A DNA stretch of 64,000 nucleotides from a virus, in IMG/VR virus record IMGVR_UViG_3300036981_000255, positions 34,617 through 98,616 of that record; one strand, given 5' to 3'. This document shows positions 1 to 7,687 of this stretch, one piece after another. Both the position numbers and the translations under genes were made by a program. Numbering within the stretch: position 1 is the stretch's first letter; the number at the start of each line of letters is the position of its first letter. The notes beneath the pieces were generated by a model, which ran no database searches, was not told the DNA's origin, and saw only the letters and a program-made list of their open reading frames with translations.

Positions 1-422
1 TTAAATTCTAAACCCAGTCTAGCAGTGGTTTCTAACGTACCTCTGAAATTTGCTTCTAAATTCTTACCATATTGACCTGCAATACCTAATTGTAAGTTAA
101 CATCTCGCTGTGTACTATATATTTTATCCCAATAATTGATTGAACCGTAAGGTGAAAATTCTTTTGCGCCAATGTTTTTTCCCATTTCACCCATTGAATC
201 TTCAATATGTTGTAACCCTCTTGAAATTCCATCTTGGATATATCCTTCAAAACCATGTGTGATTGCAACAGCAATCTGTTTCATATCTGGTTTAATATAA
301 TCTATACCTTTAGATATGCCAACTTTCAACATATCACCACCCATACTTAACCCACTTGAAGCAAAATCACCTAATTTCCCTAGAACATAACCACCAACTT
401 GTGTAACAAAATGACCCCACAT
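1..422 (-). CDS. N-terminus of probable tape measure protein (runs off the left edge)
   Basis: Hand translation from ATG at 422 (MWGHFVTQVGGYVLGKLGDFASSGLSMGGDMLKVG...) stays open toward the edge. It is G/A/S-rich, lies directly downstream of the chaperone pair and has a late promoter at 452-459. Not in the ORF track. Confidence 0.6.
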   Translation of the reverse strand, partial: MWGHFVTQVGGYVLGKLGDFASSGLSMGGDMLKVGISKGIDYIKPDMKQIAVAITHGFEGYIQDGISRGLQHIEDSMGEMGKNIGAKEFSPYGSINYWDKIYSTQRDVNLQLGIAGQYGKNLEANFRGTLETTARLGLEF

Positions 423-451
423 AATAAATTTATTTTTAATTATCTTTCTAC

Positions 452-459
452 TATAAATA
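452..459 (-). promoter_or_regulatory. late promoter motif TATTTATA (sense strand)
   Basis: Exact motif ~30 nt upstream of ATG 422; same orientation rule as ~10 other copies. Confidence 0.65.
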
Positions 460-462
460 CAA

Positions 463-494
463 AAAACGTGATTATTTTTCAACAATCACGTTTT
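463..494 (-). terminator. intrinsic terminator hairpin
   Basis: AAAACGTGATT...AATCACGTTTT inverted repeat just after the stop of 497..709. Confidence 0.65.
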
Positions 495-496
495 GA

Positions 497-656
497 TTAA
501 TCTTTTTTATTTTGTTGTAACAATTTTTCTACATAATACCGTTTTTCCCATATTGGCATCTTTAAAACATCACTTCTTGTGAAACCTCCAACTTTTGTTA
601 AGAATAGTCGTTCATCAAGCATGTAATTTGCGTAGTTAGATGGCAGGGTAAAAAAA
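497..656 (-). CDS. gp51-like/tail chaperone C-terminal extension, probably reached by frameshift from 636..1448
   Basis: Overlaps the upstream ORF at a T7 run; short 'GFTRSDVLKMPIWEKRYY' motif typical of this ORF. Confidence 0.55.
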
Positions 657-1448
657 CTCTGCGGTGATAGGTATATCTGCACGAAATCGTCCCCCCGAAG
701 GGGCAGCAACTTCTATATCGAGTTGTATTGTTGGTGTTACTTTGTCCATATAAGCGTGAAGTCTTCGGGCATCCATCATTGGCATAGATTTTAAAAACTT
801 CTCCTTGGCAAACATGTCGTTAATTCCTTCGACATTCACAACTAATCGCATGAGTTTATAAAAATTGAAAAAATTCTCATCAGATTTTCGGATAGACTTT
901 TCGTTGTCAGCAGCCATTTTGATTTCTAACTCATCTTCATGTGTCATTAATTTAAATGTGACTCTTTTTTGACATTTGGGTAAAATGAAATCAAACATAC
1001 CCTTATCATTTGGCTGTTCTTCCATTTCTTGTTGCTCCAAAGCCATCAAATCAATTGCATGTTCAAATGGCTGACGTGTTTTAGGGTCAATCAACATCAC
1101 TTTGTAGAATTGCTCCATAGTGGCTCTCAAAAACACTAGAATCGCAACTCTATCGCCAGTCAATAATTTGGTCAACGGTATTGAACATTCAACTTTCTTT
1201 TCTAACAATGTGTCCAACAATTTGCCACTATTGATAATATTAGGTGAAGTCATAATACCTTCATCTTCTGCTGTTAGATAGTAAACTTTAACGGAATCTA
1301 CCTTTTTTCCATCCACTTCTGGATAAAAAATTCCTTTAGACGGCAAAGGCACAATGTCGAAGGCAGGTTCAAACTCCTTGTAAGGGTTGTGCTGCTGCAT
1401 CATCAATTGGGTTTCCTCGGAGGTCATTTGATTTTGAATTATTTTCAT
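636..1448 (-). CDS. T4 gp26-like baseplate hub/tail assembly chaperone
   Basis: VPLPSKGIFYP, LTAEDE, LLTGDR, LPKCQKRVTFKLMT and C-terminal FFYP motifs; position before tape measure. Confidence 0.75.
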   Translation of the reverse strand: MKIIQNQMTSEETQLMMQQHNPYKEFEPAFDIVPLPSKGIFYPEVDGKKVDSVKVYYLTAEDEGIMTSPNIINSGKLLDTLLEKKVECSIPLTKLLTGDRVAILVFLRATMEQFYKVMLIDPKTRQPFEHAIDLMALEQQEMEEQPNDKGMFDFILPKCQKRVTFKLMTHEDELEIKMAADNEKSIRKSDENFFNFYKLMRLVVNVEGINDMFAKEKFLKSMPMMDARRLHAYMDKVTPTIQLDIEVAAPSGGRFRADIPITAEFFYPAI

Positions 1449-1462
1449 AAGTTATTGTTTTA

Positions 1463-1909
1463 TTATTCGTTAACTATTTGTTTGTGGTCGAGAACTAAAA
1501 CTGTTAAAGTTCTATCATCAGATTTTACAGTAAAACCATAAGATTTTTTGTTTTGATATTCGTTGGCTTGTATATATGTATCACCGACTTCTAAATTTTC
1601 GTAACTTTTGACAAAATCATGTACAAGTTTCAACAATTCACAAGGTTCAAAATTGGCTTCAGCATCTTGTGGATTTTTTCTATCTGTAATGTCGTCAACA
1701 GCCACTTGATAGTGTTTAGTTTTATGGATGCCATCTTCTAGTAATGTCATAACCGCAAATCCTAATTCAAAAGACATTAATTGAATCTCTGGACTTGGAA
1801 AGAAGCCTAATGATTTTTCAGTGGATTCCAAATGATTTTTGATGTTTAACATCAATTGTCTTTGTGCTGATAGTTGCACAGTTGTGCGTTCAAATGTTTG
1901 TTTGTTCAT
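1463..1909 (-). CDS. hypothetical protein
   Basis: 148-aa ORF in a same-strand run. Confidence 0.6.
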   Translation of the reverse strand: MNKQTFERTTVQLSAQRQLMLNIKNHLESTEKSLGFFPSPEIQLMSFELGFAVMTLLEDGIHKTKHYQVAVDDITDRKNPQDAEANFEPCELLKLVHDFVKSYENLEVGDTYIQANEYQNKKSYGFTVKSDDRTLTVLVLDHKQIVNE

Positions 1910-1940
1910 AAGTTATTAATTAATATTTTTATTTTTATTT

Positions 1941-2429
1941 TTAATCTGTAATAATGTTTTTACGTTCTTCTACTCTAAGTTGACTATCTTTTCTAGCTTT
2001 CTCCATGTTAGCATCATATTCTGCATCAGTCACATAACCACGATTTGCCAACACATAAGCCATAATTTCAGACATATAAAATTCAAAAAAATCAGATGAC
2101 TTCAAATCTGAAAAATCAATTGAATTTGTTTCAAAATTTACATAATCAGCAGGGTTAAAGTTGGGCTTATTGTCGTATTTTCCTAAAACTTGAAAAAGAA
2201 TGTCGTATTTATTATCTCTAAAAGCCAACGCTTCAATCACATAATAATGTTCTTTTGTTTCTACTAAATTTAAAAATTCTTGACTCGTAAATCCGCCTGT
2301 TTTTAAATTTACACGTTTACCTTTAAAACATGTTAAAATTGGTTCATGGCTATTTCTATAATCTGAAAAGTAAACATTTTCCAATGAAGCCAATGTTTCT
2401 AAAAATCCTTTGTTATTTTGGTTTGTCAT
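1941..2429 (-). CDS. hypothetical protein
   Basis: 162-aa ORF in a same-strand run. Confidence 0.6.
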   Translation of the reverse strand: MTNQNNKGFLETLASLENVYFSDYRNSHEPILTCFKGKRVNLKTGGFTSQEFLNLVETKEHYYVIEALAFRDNKYDILFQVLGKYDNKPNFNPADYVNFETNSIDFSDLKSSDFFEFYMSEIMAYVLANRGYVTDAEYDANMEKARKDSQLRVEERKNIITD

Positions 2430-2434
2430 AAGAT

Positions 2435-2644
2435 TTAATCTTGTGGTTGTAAACTATGCTTTGTAACTTTTTCAACGTTTAATCTAAAACCGATTCTTCC
2501 GTCAACAATGATTCCAAGCATAGTGTCATCATTTTCTGGATTCATCATCATTGGTGTTGCTTTGAATCTATCTGTACTGTTGATAAAATTTTGCAACATT
2601 GTTGTAAACTCTGTTTGAAGTTTGTTAAATTCTGTAATATTCAT
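2435..2644 (-). CDS. hypothetical protein, duplicate copy A
   Basis: 62/69 aa identical to 2899..3108. Confidence 0.75.
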   Translation of the reverse strand: MNITEFNKLQTEFTTMLQNFINSTDRFKATPMMMNPENDDTMLGIIVDGRIGFRLNVEKVTKHSLQPQD

Positions 2645-2652
2645 AAGATTGC

Positions 2653-2892
2653 TTATTTTAATCTGTTTTTATAATCTTGAAATGCTGTTTCTATTGTTTC
2701 TCCAATGCCGTAATTTATATTCCCCCATTGACTTTCCATGTAATCATGTGGTTCATATTGAGTTTCTTCATCATCTTCTAAAAAACTTATACAATGTGCA
2801 TTAGAATTTGCATTTATAATAGCCAATTTTTCATATTTCATTGAAACTATTGTCAATGGATATATATCTTCAAGTCTATTGATTGTTACCAT
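2653..2892 (-). CDS. hypothetical protein between the duplicated genes
   Basis: 79-aa ORF, tightly packed. Confidence 0.6.
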   Translation of the reverse strand: MVTINRLEDIYPLTIVSMKYEKLAIINANSNAHCISFLEDDEETQYEPHDYMESQWGNINYGIGETIETAFQDYKNRLK

Positions 2893-2898
2893 AATATG

Positions 2899-3108
2899 TT
2901 AATTTTGTGGTTGTAAACTATGTTTTGTAACTTTTTCAACGTTCAATCTAAAGCCAATTCTTCCGTCAACGATGATTCCTAACATTGTATCATTAGTTTC
3001 TGGATTCATCATCATTGGTGTGGCTTTAAATCTATCTGTACTATTGATAAATTCTTGCAACATTGTTGTGAACTCGTTTTGGAGTTGGTTAAATTCTGTA
3101 ACATTCAT
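2899..3108 (-). CDS. hypothetical protein, duplicate copy B
   Basis: 62/69 aa identical to 2435..2644. Confidence 0.75.
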   Translation of the reverse strand: MNVTEFNQLQNEFTTMLQEFINSTDRFKATPMMMNPETNDTMLGIIVDGRIGFRLNVEKVTKHSLQPQN

Positions 3109-3155
3109 AAGATTTCAATTTTTGTCTTTTGATTGTTAATATAATGGTTGTTTTG

Positions 3156-3234
3156 TGGAATTAAAACTCATAAATTCGTTTATGACAAACCTCGCAAACA
3201 GTTTGTGATAAACTCGTAACCTCGTTATGATAAA
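3156..3234 (-). repeat. three tandem palindromic boxes (TCRYAA..TTRTGA); inverted copy of the tnpB upstream region
   Basis: Reverse complement of 3156-3192 matches 5018-5054 at 35/37 nt; units TCATAAATTCGTTTATGA, TCGCAAACAGTTTGTGA, TCGTAACCTCGTTATGA. Confidence 0.75.
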
Positions 3235-3238
3235 TCTA

Positions 3239-3661
3239 TTAATTGCACAATAAATCAATTTGTTTTTTTAATTTCATATCTTCGTCAACAGTGTTATTTA
3301 TTTGTACTATAAAATTATCAAGTTTTTCTAATTCAAGTGAATCTTTGAACTCTAATTCAAATAAACTTTTATTGGCGTTTAAAATAGATATTAAACTATT
3401 CAGATTATAAATCTTCCCATAATCACAAAATAATCTTCTAATAACAGGAATTAACATTATTTGTGTATCTGAATTAAGTCTTCCACTTTTTGCATGAATC
3501 TTTTTTAAACCATTCTCAAATAAAACACTCAAAATAGCCTTATTTTTATAGTTATCAATTCCTAACAGCCAATTGGCTTTTGATTCACCCATTGACTCAT
3601 ATTTGACTATTAATTGGTCAATTTTTTCTTTTGATAGTTCCATGTTATTGTTTATATTCAC
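3239..3661 (-). CDS. protein resembling the N-terminus of a T4-like major capsid protein (truncated paralog)
   Basis: WLLGI...KAILSVLFEN...MLIPVIRRLF resembles the gp23 N-terminal 'LEGL..K..A.LLEN...IP.VRR' pattern. Confidence 0.5.
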   Translation of the reverse strand: MNINNNMELSKEKIDQLIVKYESMGESKANWLLGIDNYKNKAILSVLFENGLKKIHAKSGRLNSDTQIMLIPVIRRLFCDYGKIYNLNSLISILNANKSLFELEFKDSLELEKLDNFIVQINNTVDEDMKLKKQIDLLCN

Positions 3662-4145
3662 ACATTTTGTCTATTTGTTGCCCATGTTCAAAATCTTCAA
3701 ACATTTGATAATTCAAATAGTCTGATTTTCGCATAAAATCAGTTAAAACAGTTTTGCTAACTTCTTGTAAATCCGTCCATTTAACATGGTCATCAAAACC
3801 AAAAAGCAAAAATTCTTTGTGTAAAACTTGAACAAAAGACTTTGCAGAATAACATCTTTTGAATTTGATTGTAAATCCTTTGGCGAGTGGAAATATTAAA
3901 TATTCAAATAATCTTGAATAATCTTTGTTGAATACCATTTTTTTAGCAATTTCCTCATAAAGACACGCAAGTTGCAATTTAGTTTGATAGTCAGTTATCC
4001 CAGAAAGCCAATTGGATTCTTTGTAGAATGAAATATTACATTCATTTGTTTCAGCCCTGTGAGAAGCGTGTTTTTCGTCAACTTTACTACCAATGTTGGA
4101 ATATCTATTTAGTAAAGCAGAAATCAATTCAGTTGTTAAAGTCAT
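3645..4145 (-). CDS. second capsid-N-terminus-like paralog
   Basis: SNWLSGITDYQTKLQLACLYEE...FEYLIFPL aligns with ANWLLGIDNYKNKAILSVLFEN of 3239..3661. Confidence 0.45.
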   Translation of the reverse strand: MTLTTELISALLNRYSNIGSKVDEKHASHRAETNECNISFYKESNWLSGITDYQTKLQLACLYEEIAKKMVFNKDYSRLFEYLIFPLAKGFTIKFKRCYSAKSFVQVLHKEFLLFGFDDHVKWTDLQEVSKTVLTDFMRKSDYLNYQMFEDFEHGQQIDKMCEYKQ

Positions 4146-4176
4146 TTGTTATTAGTTTGTGGCTTCGTCAAGAAGT

Positions 4177-4767
4177 TCAGTCAATTTCTTTGTAACTTTT
4201 TTCACCATCTACAACGTGTGTCCACTTAACAGTTTCAACGTCAGATTTACAAAAATCAATAGATGTTATTTTAGCCTTTAGATTTACAGAAATTAATCGT
4301 CCACCTTTTGGGTTATCACGAATGATTTCAGGATTTTTTAAAAACTTTAAACCGTAACTTTTATCATCCATTTCATTTGGCGCAACATCGGTTGGAACAA
4401 TGTCAAATTTCAAATATCCTTCACTATCGTCAGAAACGTTAGAATTTTCAAACTTTACATCAGATAACTTATAAACATATCTTCCCTCATCAGTTGTAAC
4501 TTCGATTATCAAAAATTTCAAATCGTTTTCACAAACGATAAATTCTAAAGTTCTATAAACAATATCGTTGAAATATTTCTTTTGATATTCAAACTGAATT
4601 TCTATTGGTTTCCAAAAGTTAAGTCTATTGAATGCCAATTCATCATCTTCACATTCAAGGTGAACCTTTGTTTTTGTTTGTAAATCATTTGGAAGTTTGA
4701 TTGCCGATGGCTCAAAATCCATTATATCGGCTAAGGAGATTATTGTTTTCATTTTGTTTGTTTTCAT
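4177..4767 (-). CDS. hypothetical protein
   Basis: ~196-aa ORF. Confidence 0.6.
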   Translation of the reverse strand: MKTNKMKTIISLADIMDFEPSAIKLPNDLQTKTKVHLECEDDELAFNRLNFWKPIEIQFEYQKKYFNDIVYRTLEFIVCENDLKFLIIEVTTDEGRYVYKLSDVKFENSNVSDDSEGYLKFDIVPTDVAPNEMDDKSYGLKFLKNPEIIRDNPKGGRLISVNLKAKITSIDFCKSDVETVKWTHVVDGEKSYKEID

Positions 4768-4811
4768 CAATATAACAACCTTTTAACATTATTAAAGTGA
4801 TGGCAATAGAC

Positions 4812-4874
4812 AAAAAAAAGACATTCAAAGGATATTCAACCGAAAAATCCGTTGAAATTCTTTGAATGTCTTTT
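4812..4874 (-). terminator. strong intrinsic terminator
   Basis: Perfect 15-bp arms AAAAGACATTCAAAG (4816-4830) / CTTTGAATGTCTTTT (4860-4874), an inner TTCAAC/GTTGAA pair, and a U-tract on the minus strand. Confidence 0.7.
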
Positions 4875-4996
4875 GACTTGGGGATGTCTTTAGACTAGAT
4901 AAAAAAACTGATGAAAGGTTAATAAAGTATTGTCATCGTTAATCAGTAACCATACAATATCGTTGAAAATCATATAAAAGTTCCATAAAAAAAACT

Positions 4997-5054
4997 TTAT
5001 CGCAACCGAGTTTACGAAGGTTTATCATAAACGAATTTATGAGGTTTAATTCCA
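4997..5054 (+). repeat. two tandem palindromic boxes upstream of tnpB (element left end or operator)
   Basis: TTTATCGCAACCGAGTTTACGAAGG then TTTATCATAAACGAATTTATGAGG; homologous to 3156-3234. Confidence 0.7.
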
Positions 5055-5056
5055 AC

Positions 5057-5064
5057 TATTTATA
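5057..5064 (+). promoter_or_regulatory. late promoter motif TATTTATA upstream of tnpB
   Basis: Exact motif ~33 nt before the TTG start. Confidence 0.55.
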
Positions 5065-5096
5065 GTTATATTATAACAAAAACAAAACACTATCAA

Positions 5097-6359
5097 TTGC
5101 TAAGAACATCCCGACATAGTATCAGTAACACAGCAAATCAAGGCAAACTCAATGTTTTGGGGCAATTCGTTAATGATTACAAACATGATGTTCAATTGTT
5201 TGTTAATAAGATTGTCAAAGGTGAATTTCCGTTACAAACACTATATTCTCCAAAGGGTGTTGAAGGTGCAATCTTAAAACACAGTAAATACAAACGTGAC
5301 ATTTACACAAAAGCAAGTCAAATAGTTAGAGGAGAAATAGCAGCAGCCGAGGAACGCAGATACCAAGCCTACAAGAAATTGTACAAGAAACTTATTAAGC
5401 TAAATATTCATACTGCATTCACTAATAAACGATATAGCGAACTGAACCTCAAACACATTTTCAAAACCGATTTTTTCACTATTCCAGAAATCAAAAATAT
5501 CACTATTGATTTGGCAAAAGATTTGGCTGACATTCAAGACGGCAAACACTTTGACAATTTTGTAAGAATCAAACTTCCATATTTCAATGAAAAAGGCACA
5601 CGAGCCTTACAAATCAAGTTACCAGTCAAAAATTACAAACATTCAAACAATTTTATCACTAAAGGTTACACAAGAAAAACGTCAATCCAACTAAAGAAAG
5701 TCAATAACAAATTCTTCATAAACTTCTTGTGGGAAAAAAACGAAATCAAAAAATCAAAACTATCTTTCAAACCCAAAGTAAAAGCCAAATCAAAAACAGA
5801 CGAACGCCCTAAACAAAGCGACATAATTCTATCCAAAACAGATAACTCAATGGGCATTGACTTAGGCTACAAAAAACTAATTGTAACGTCTAAAGGTCAA
5901 ATCTTAGGAACTGATATGATAAACATTTACAAGAAATTGGTGGCTTGTAAAAGTGGAACAGCAAAATATAAACGTTTAAAAAGAGAACGAGATAACAAAA
6001 TAAACTTCTATGTCAATCAAATTGACTTTGATGGTGTTGAAGTTTTGAAAATCGAAGACCTCAAAGACGTAAAAAAAGATTCAAAAGGTAAAAAATCAAA
6101 AAAGATAAATTCACTTCTCTCAAAATGGATTTATCCAAAAATTATAAGTAAAATAACGATGACATGTGAGGACAAAGGTATTTTGTTGGTAAAGGTTTTA
6201 CCAGCATATACATCACAAACATGTTCATCTTGTGGTGAAATACATAGAAAGAGCCGTAAAGGTGAACTTTACAAATGTGTTTCGTGTGGTTTTGAATTGG
6301 ATGCAGACTTAAATGCAGCAATCAATATCAATAACAGAGGGAGCTTGCAGTCCCCTTAA
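5097..6359 (+). CDS. tnpB: TnpB-family RNA-guided endonuclease (IS200/IS605/IS607 type), apparently intact, no adjacent TnpA
   Basis: RuvC-I MGIDLG, RuvC-II LKIEDL, zinc ribbon TSQTCSSCG...YKCVSCG, RuvC-III DADLNAAINI. Confidence 0.93.
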   Translation: MLRTSRHSISNTANQGKLNVLGQFVNDYKHDVQLFVNKIVKGEFPLQTLYSPKGVEGAILKHSKYKRDIYTKASQIVRGEIAAAEERRYQAYKKLYKKLIKLNIHTAFTNKRYSELNLKHIFKTDFFTIPEIKNITIDLAKDLADIQDGKHFDNFVRIKLPYFNEKGTRALQIKLPVKNYKHSNNFITKGYTRKTSIQLKKVNNKFFINFLWEKNEIKKSKLSFKPKVKAKSKTDERPKQSDIILSKTDNSMGIDLGYKKLIVTSKGQILGTDMINIYKKLVACKSGTAKYKRLKRERDNKINFYVNQIDFDGVEVLKIEDLKDVKKDSKGKKSKKINSLLSKWIYPKIISKITMTCEDKGILLVKVLPAYTSQTCSSCGEIHRKSRKGELYKCVSCGFELDADLNAAININNRGSLQSP

Positions 6360-6448
6360 CCAAAAAACTGGATTTGTGTGAAAATGTGAAATCTTTAGGA
6401 TTCTATGTTTTTATATGGATTTGGTAACTCTTAGGCAGTATTGCAGTT
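6330..6448 (+). ncRNA. putative omega-RNA 3' region of tnpB: right end to ~6428, guide from ~6429
   Basis: Expected position overlapping and downstream of the tnpB 3' end; sharp switch at 6429 to tail-tube-homologous sequence. Boundaries are inferred. Confidence 0.55.
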
Positions 6449-6500
6449 GGATTGAAAATGAAATTTCTCTAACTTTAACATCAGTGTAGTCAAAAGTTCC
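6429..6500 (-). pseudogene. 72-nt fragment of a divergent tail-tube allele (3' end)
   Basis: Translates GTFDYTDVKVREISFSIQLQYCLR versus resident GEFSYGDAKVREISFTIQPQRCLR (6881-6952): 17/24 aa identical, ungapped. Confidence 0.88.
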
Positions 6501-6860
6501 CATCTACCTTAAAAAAAGAAGAAGGGCGTTTCATTGTAATTTATACAGAACAAGACTTATCAAGCAAATTATTAAAACAAAATATTGTCAAATTGTCTGG
6601 AACAGACATAACAAACAAAACACGTCATAAAACAAGTGAGAATCGTTCCAAAGAAACAAGGTTACATCGTTTTTGAAGTGGTCTATGAAGTCAAAGAAAT
6701 TCCAAAAAAGAAAGACAATAAACGTTACCTTTCAATAGACTTAGGCATCAACAATCTATCAACGTTATCAAAGCACAAATCATCAACGGTAAACCACTAA
6801 AATCAATAAACCAAATTTCCAATAAACAAGTATCAAAACTGAAATCAATTATCACAACGA
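6499..6860 (+). pseudogene. tnpB: frameshifted internal remnant of a second, different TnpB (IS1341-like)
   Basis: Fragments GRFIVIYTEQ..IVKLSGT, IKQVRIVPKKQGYIVFEVVYE, RYLSIDLGINNL (RuvC-I) and INGKPLKSINQ in shifting frames. Confidence 0.8.
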
Positions 6861-6871
6861 TAAATAAAAAA

Positions 6872-7363
6872 CTAGTAAAGTCTTAGGCAACGTTGTGGTT
6901 GTATAGTAAATGAAATTTCACGGACTTTTGCATCACCATAACTAAATTCACCAAAATCTAATTCACCTGTTACAATGGCATTTTCAATCAACCATTTAGA
7001 TACTGCTACACCAGTTGGGTCTAATAGTTCAAGTTCAAGATTTTTTGCGCATCCTATATTGTATCCCATACGACCTGTGGCAGATTCAGCGTGAAGACGT
7101 ACCCACTCCATCAATGCTTCACCTTGAGAGGGTGCAACAAAATCTCTAACTTTTATTGCCATTTCTTTCCACTCATACGAGCCATTCACGTATGTTTTAG
7201 TATTTAAAAAAGCAATATCAATTTTTTGCAAGGACATTTTCGGTGAACCGCAAGATATTAATGACCATGTTTGAATACCAACATCTGATGGAAAACGTAA
7301 AATCCAACGATTTGTTAGCATAATTTCATATTGCAAAGGACTTTTTAATAGTAAATCCGCCAT
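6872..7363 (-). CDS. tail tube protein (T4 gp19-like)
   Basis: NRWILRFP, W..MAIKVRD, LMEWVR..AES.TGRMGY, LLDPTG; downstream of the sheath. Confidence 0.88.
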   Translation of the reverse strand: MADLLLKSPLQYEIMLTNRWILRFPSDVGIQTWSLISCGSPKMSLQKIDIAFLNTKTYVNGSYEWKEMAIKVRDFVAPSQGEALMEWVRLHAESATGRMGYNIGCAKNLELELLDPTGVAVSKWLIENAIVTGELDFGEFSYGDAKVREISFTIQPQRCLRLY

Positions 7364-7494
7364 GATAATCAGTAAGTTATATATTTTATTTGTTCTTTGT
7401 TGTTGCTCAATTTTGGCAACCTCTTTTTTATTCCAAAGATAAACTTTATGAATCTTTATATTAAATATCAGTCAAATGATTTTTTTTATAATCA

Positions 7495-7680
7495 TCAGAC
7501 AGGATTACAAACAACCGCACAAGTGAATGTCAATGCTTGAACATTTGGGCATTGTTGTGCTTGTTTTGCAGTAATCTGTGTATTCGTCATTATATCAAAA
7601 TAAACCACAGACGTTGTAACAGTTCCATCTGGATTCATCATATTGATTGTCATTTTTCTAATGTTATCGCAATTAATCAT
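7495..7680 (-). CDS. small hypothetical protein
   Basis: 61-aa ORF in the sheath-tube operon. Confidence 0.5.
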   Translation of the reverse strand: MINCDNIRKMTINMMNPDGTVTTSVVYFDIMTNTQITAKQAQQCPNVQALTFTCAVVCNPV

Positions 7681-7687
7681 AAGATAT

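Noticed and set aside
3156-3234. Possible mini-CRISPR array serving TnpB as a Cas12f-like effector
   Set aside because: The units abut with no unique spacers; no CRISPR array was seen anywhere in the window.
4177-4767. Possible third tail-tube paralog (WKPIEIQF)
   Set aside because: Only one short motif; could not align the rest by eye.
4862-4871. 10-nt match (TTGAATGTCT) between the orphan guide and the terminator upstream of tnpB
   Set aside because: Short enough to occur by chance in AT-rich DNA and not preceded by TTTAT; the 29/34 match at 39537 explains the guide far better.
4792-4942. Larger structured RNA from an outer stem GATGGCAATA/TATTGTCATC enclosing the hairpin
   Set aside because: A single 10-bp stem with a wobble in AT-rich DNA; the terminator interpretation suffices without covariation data.
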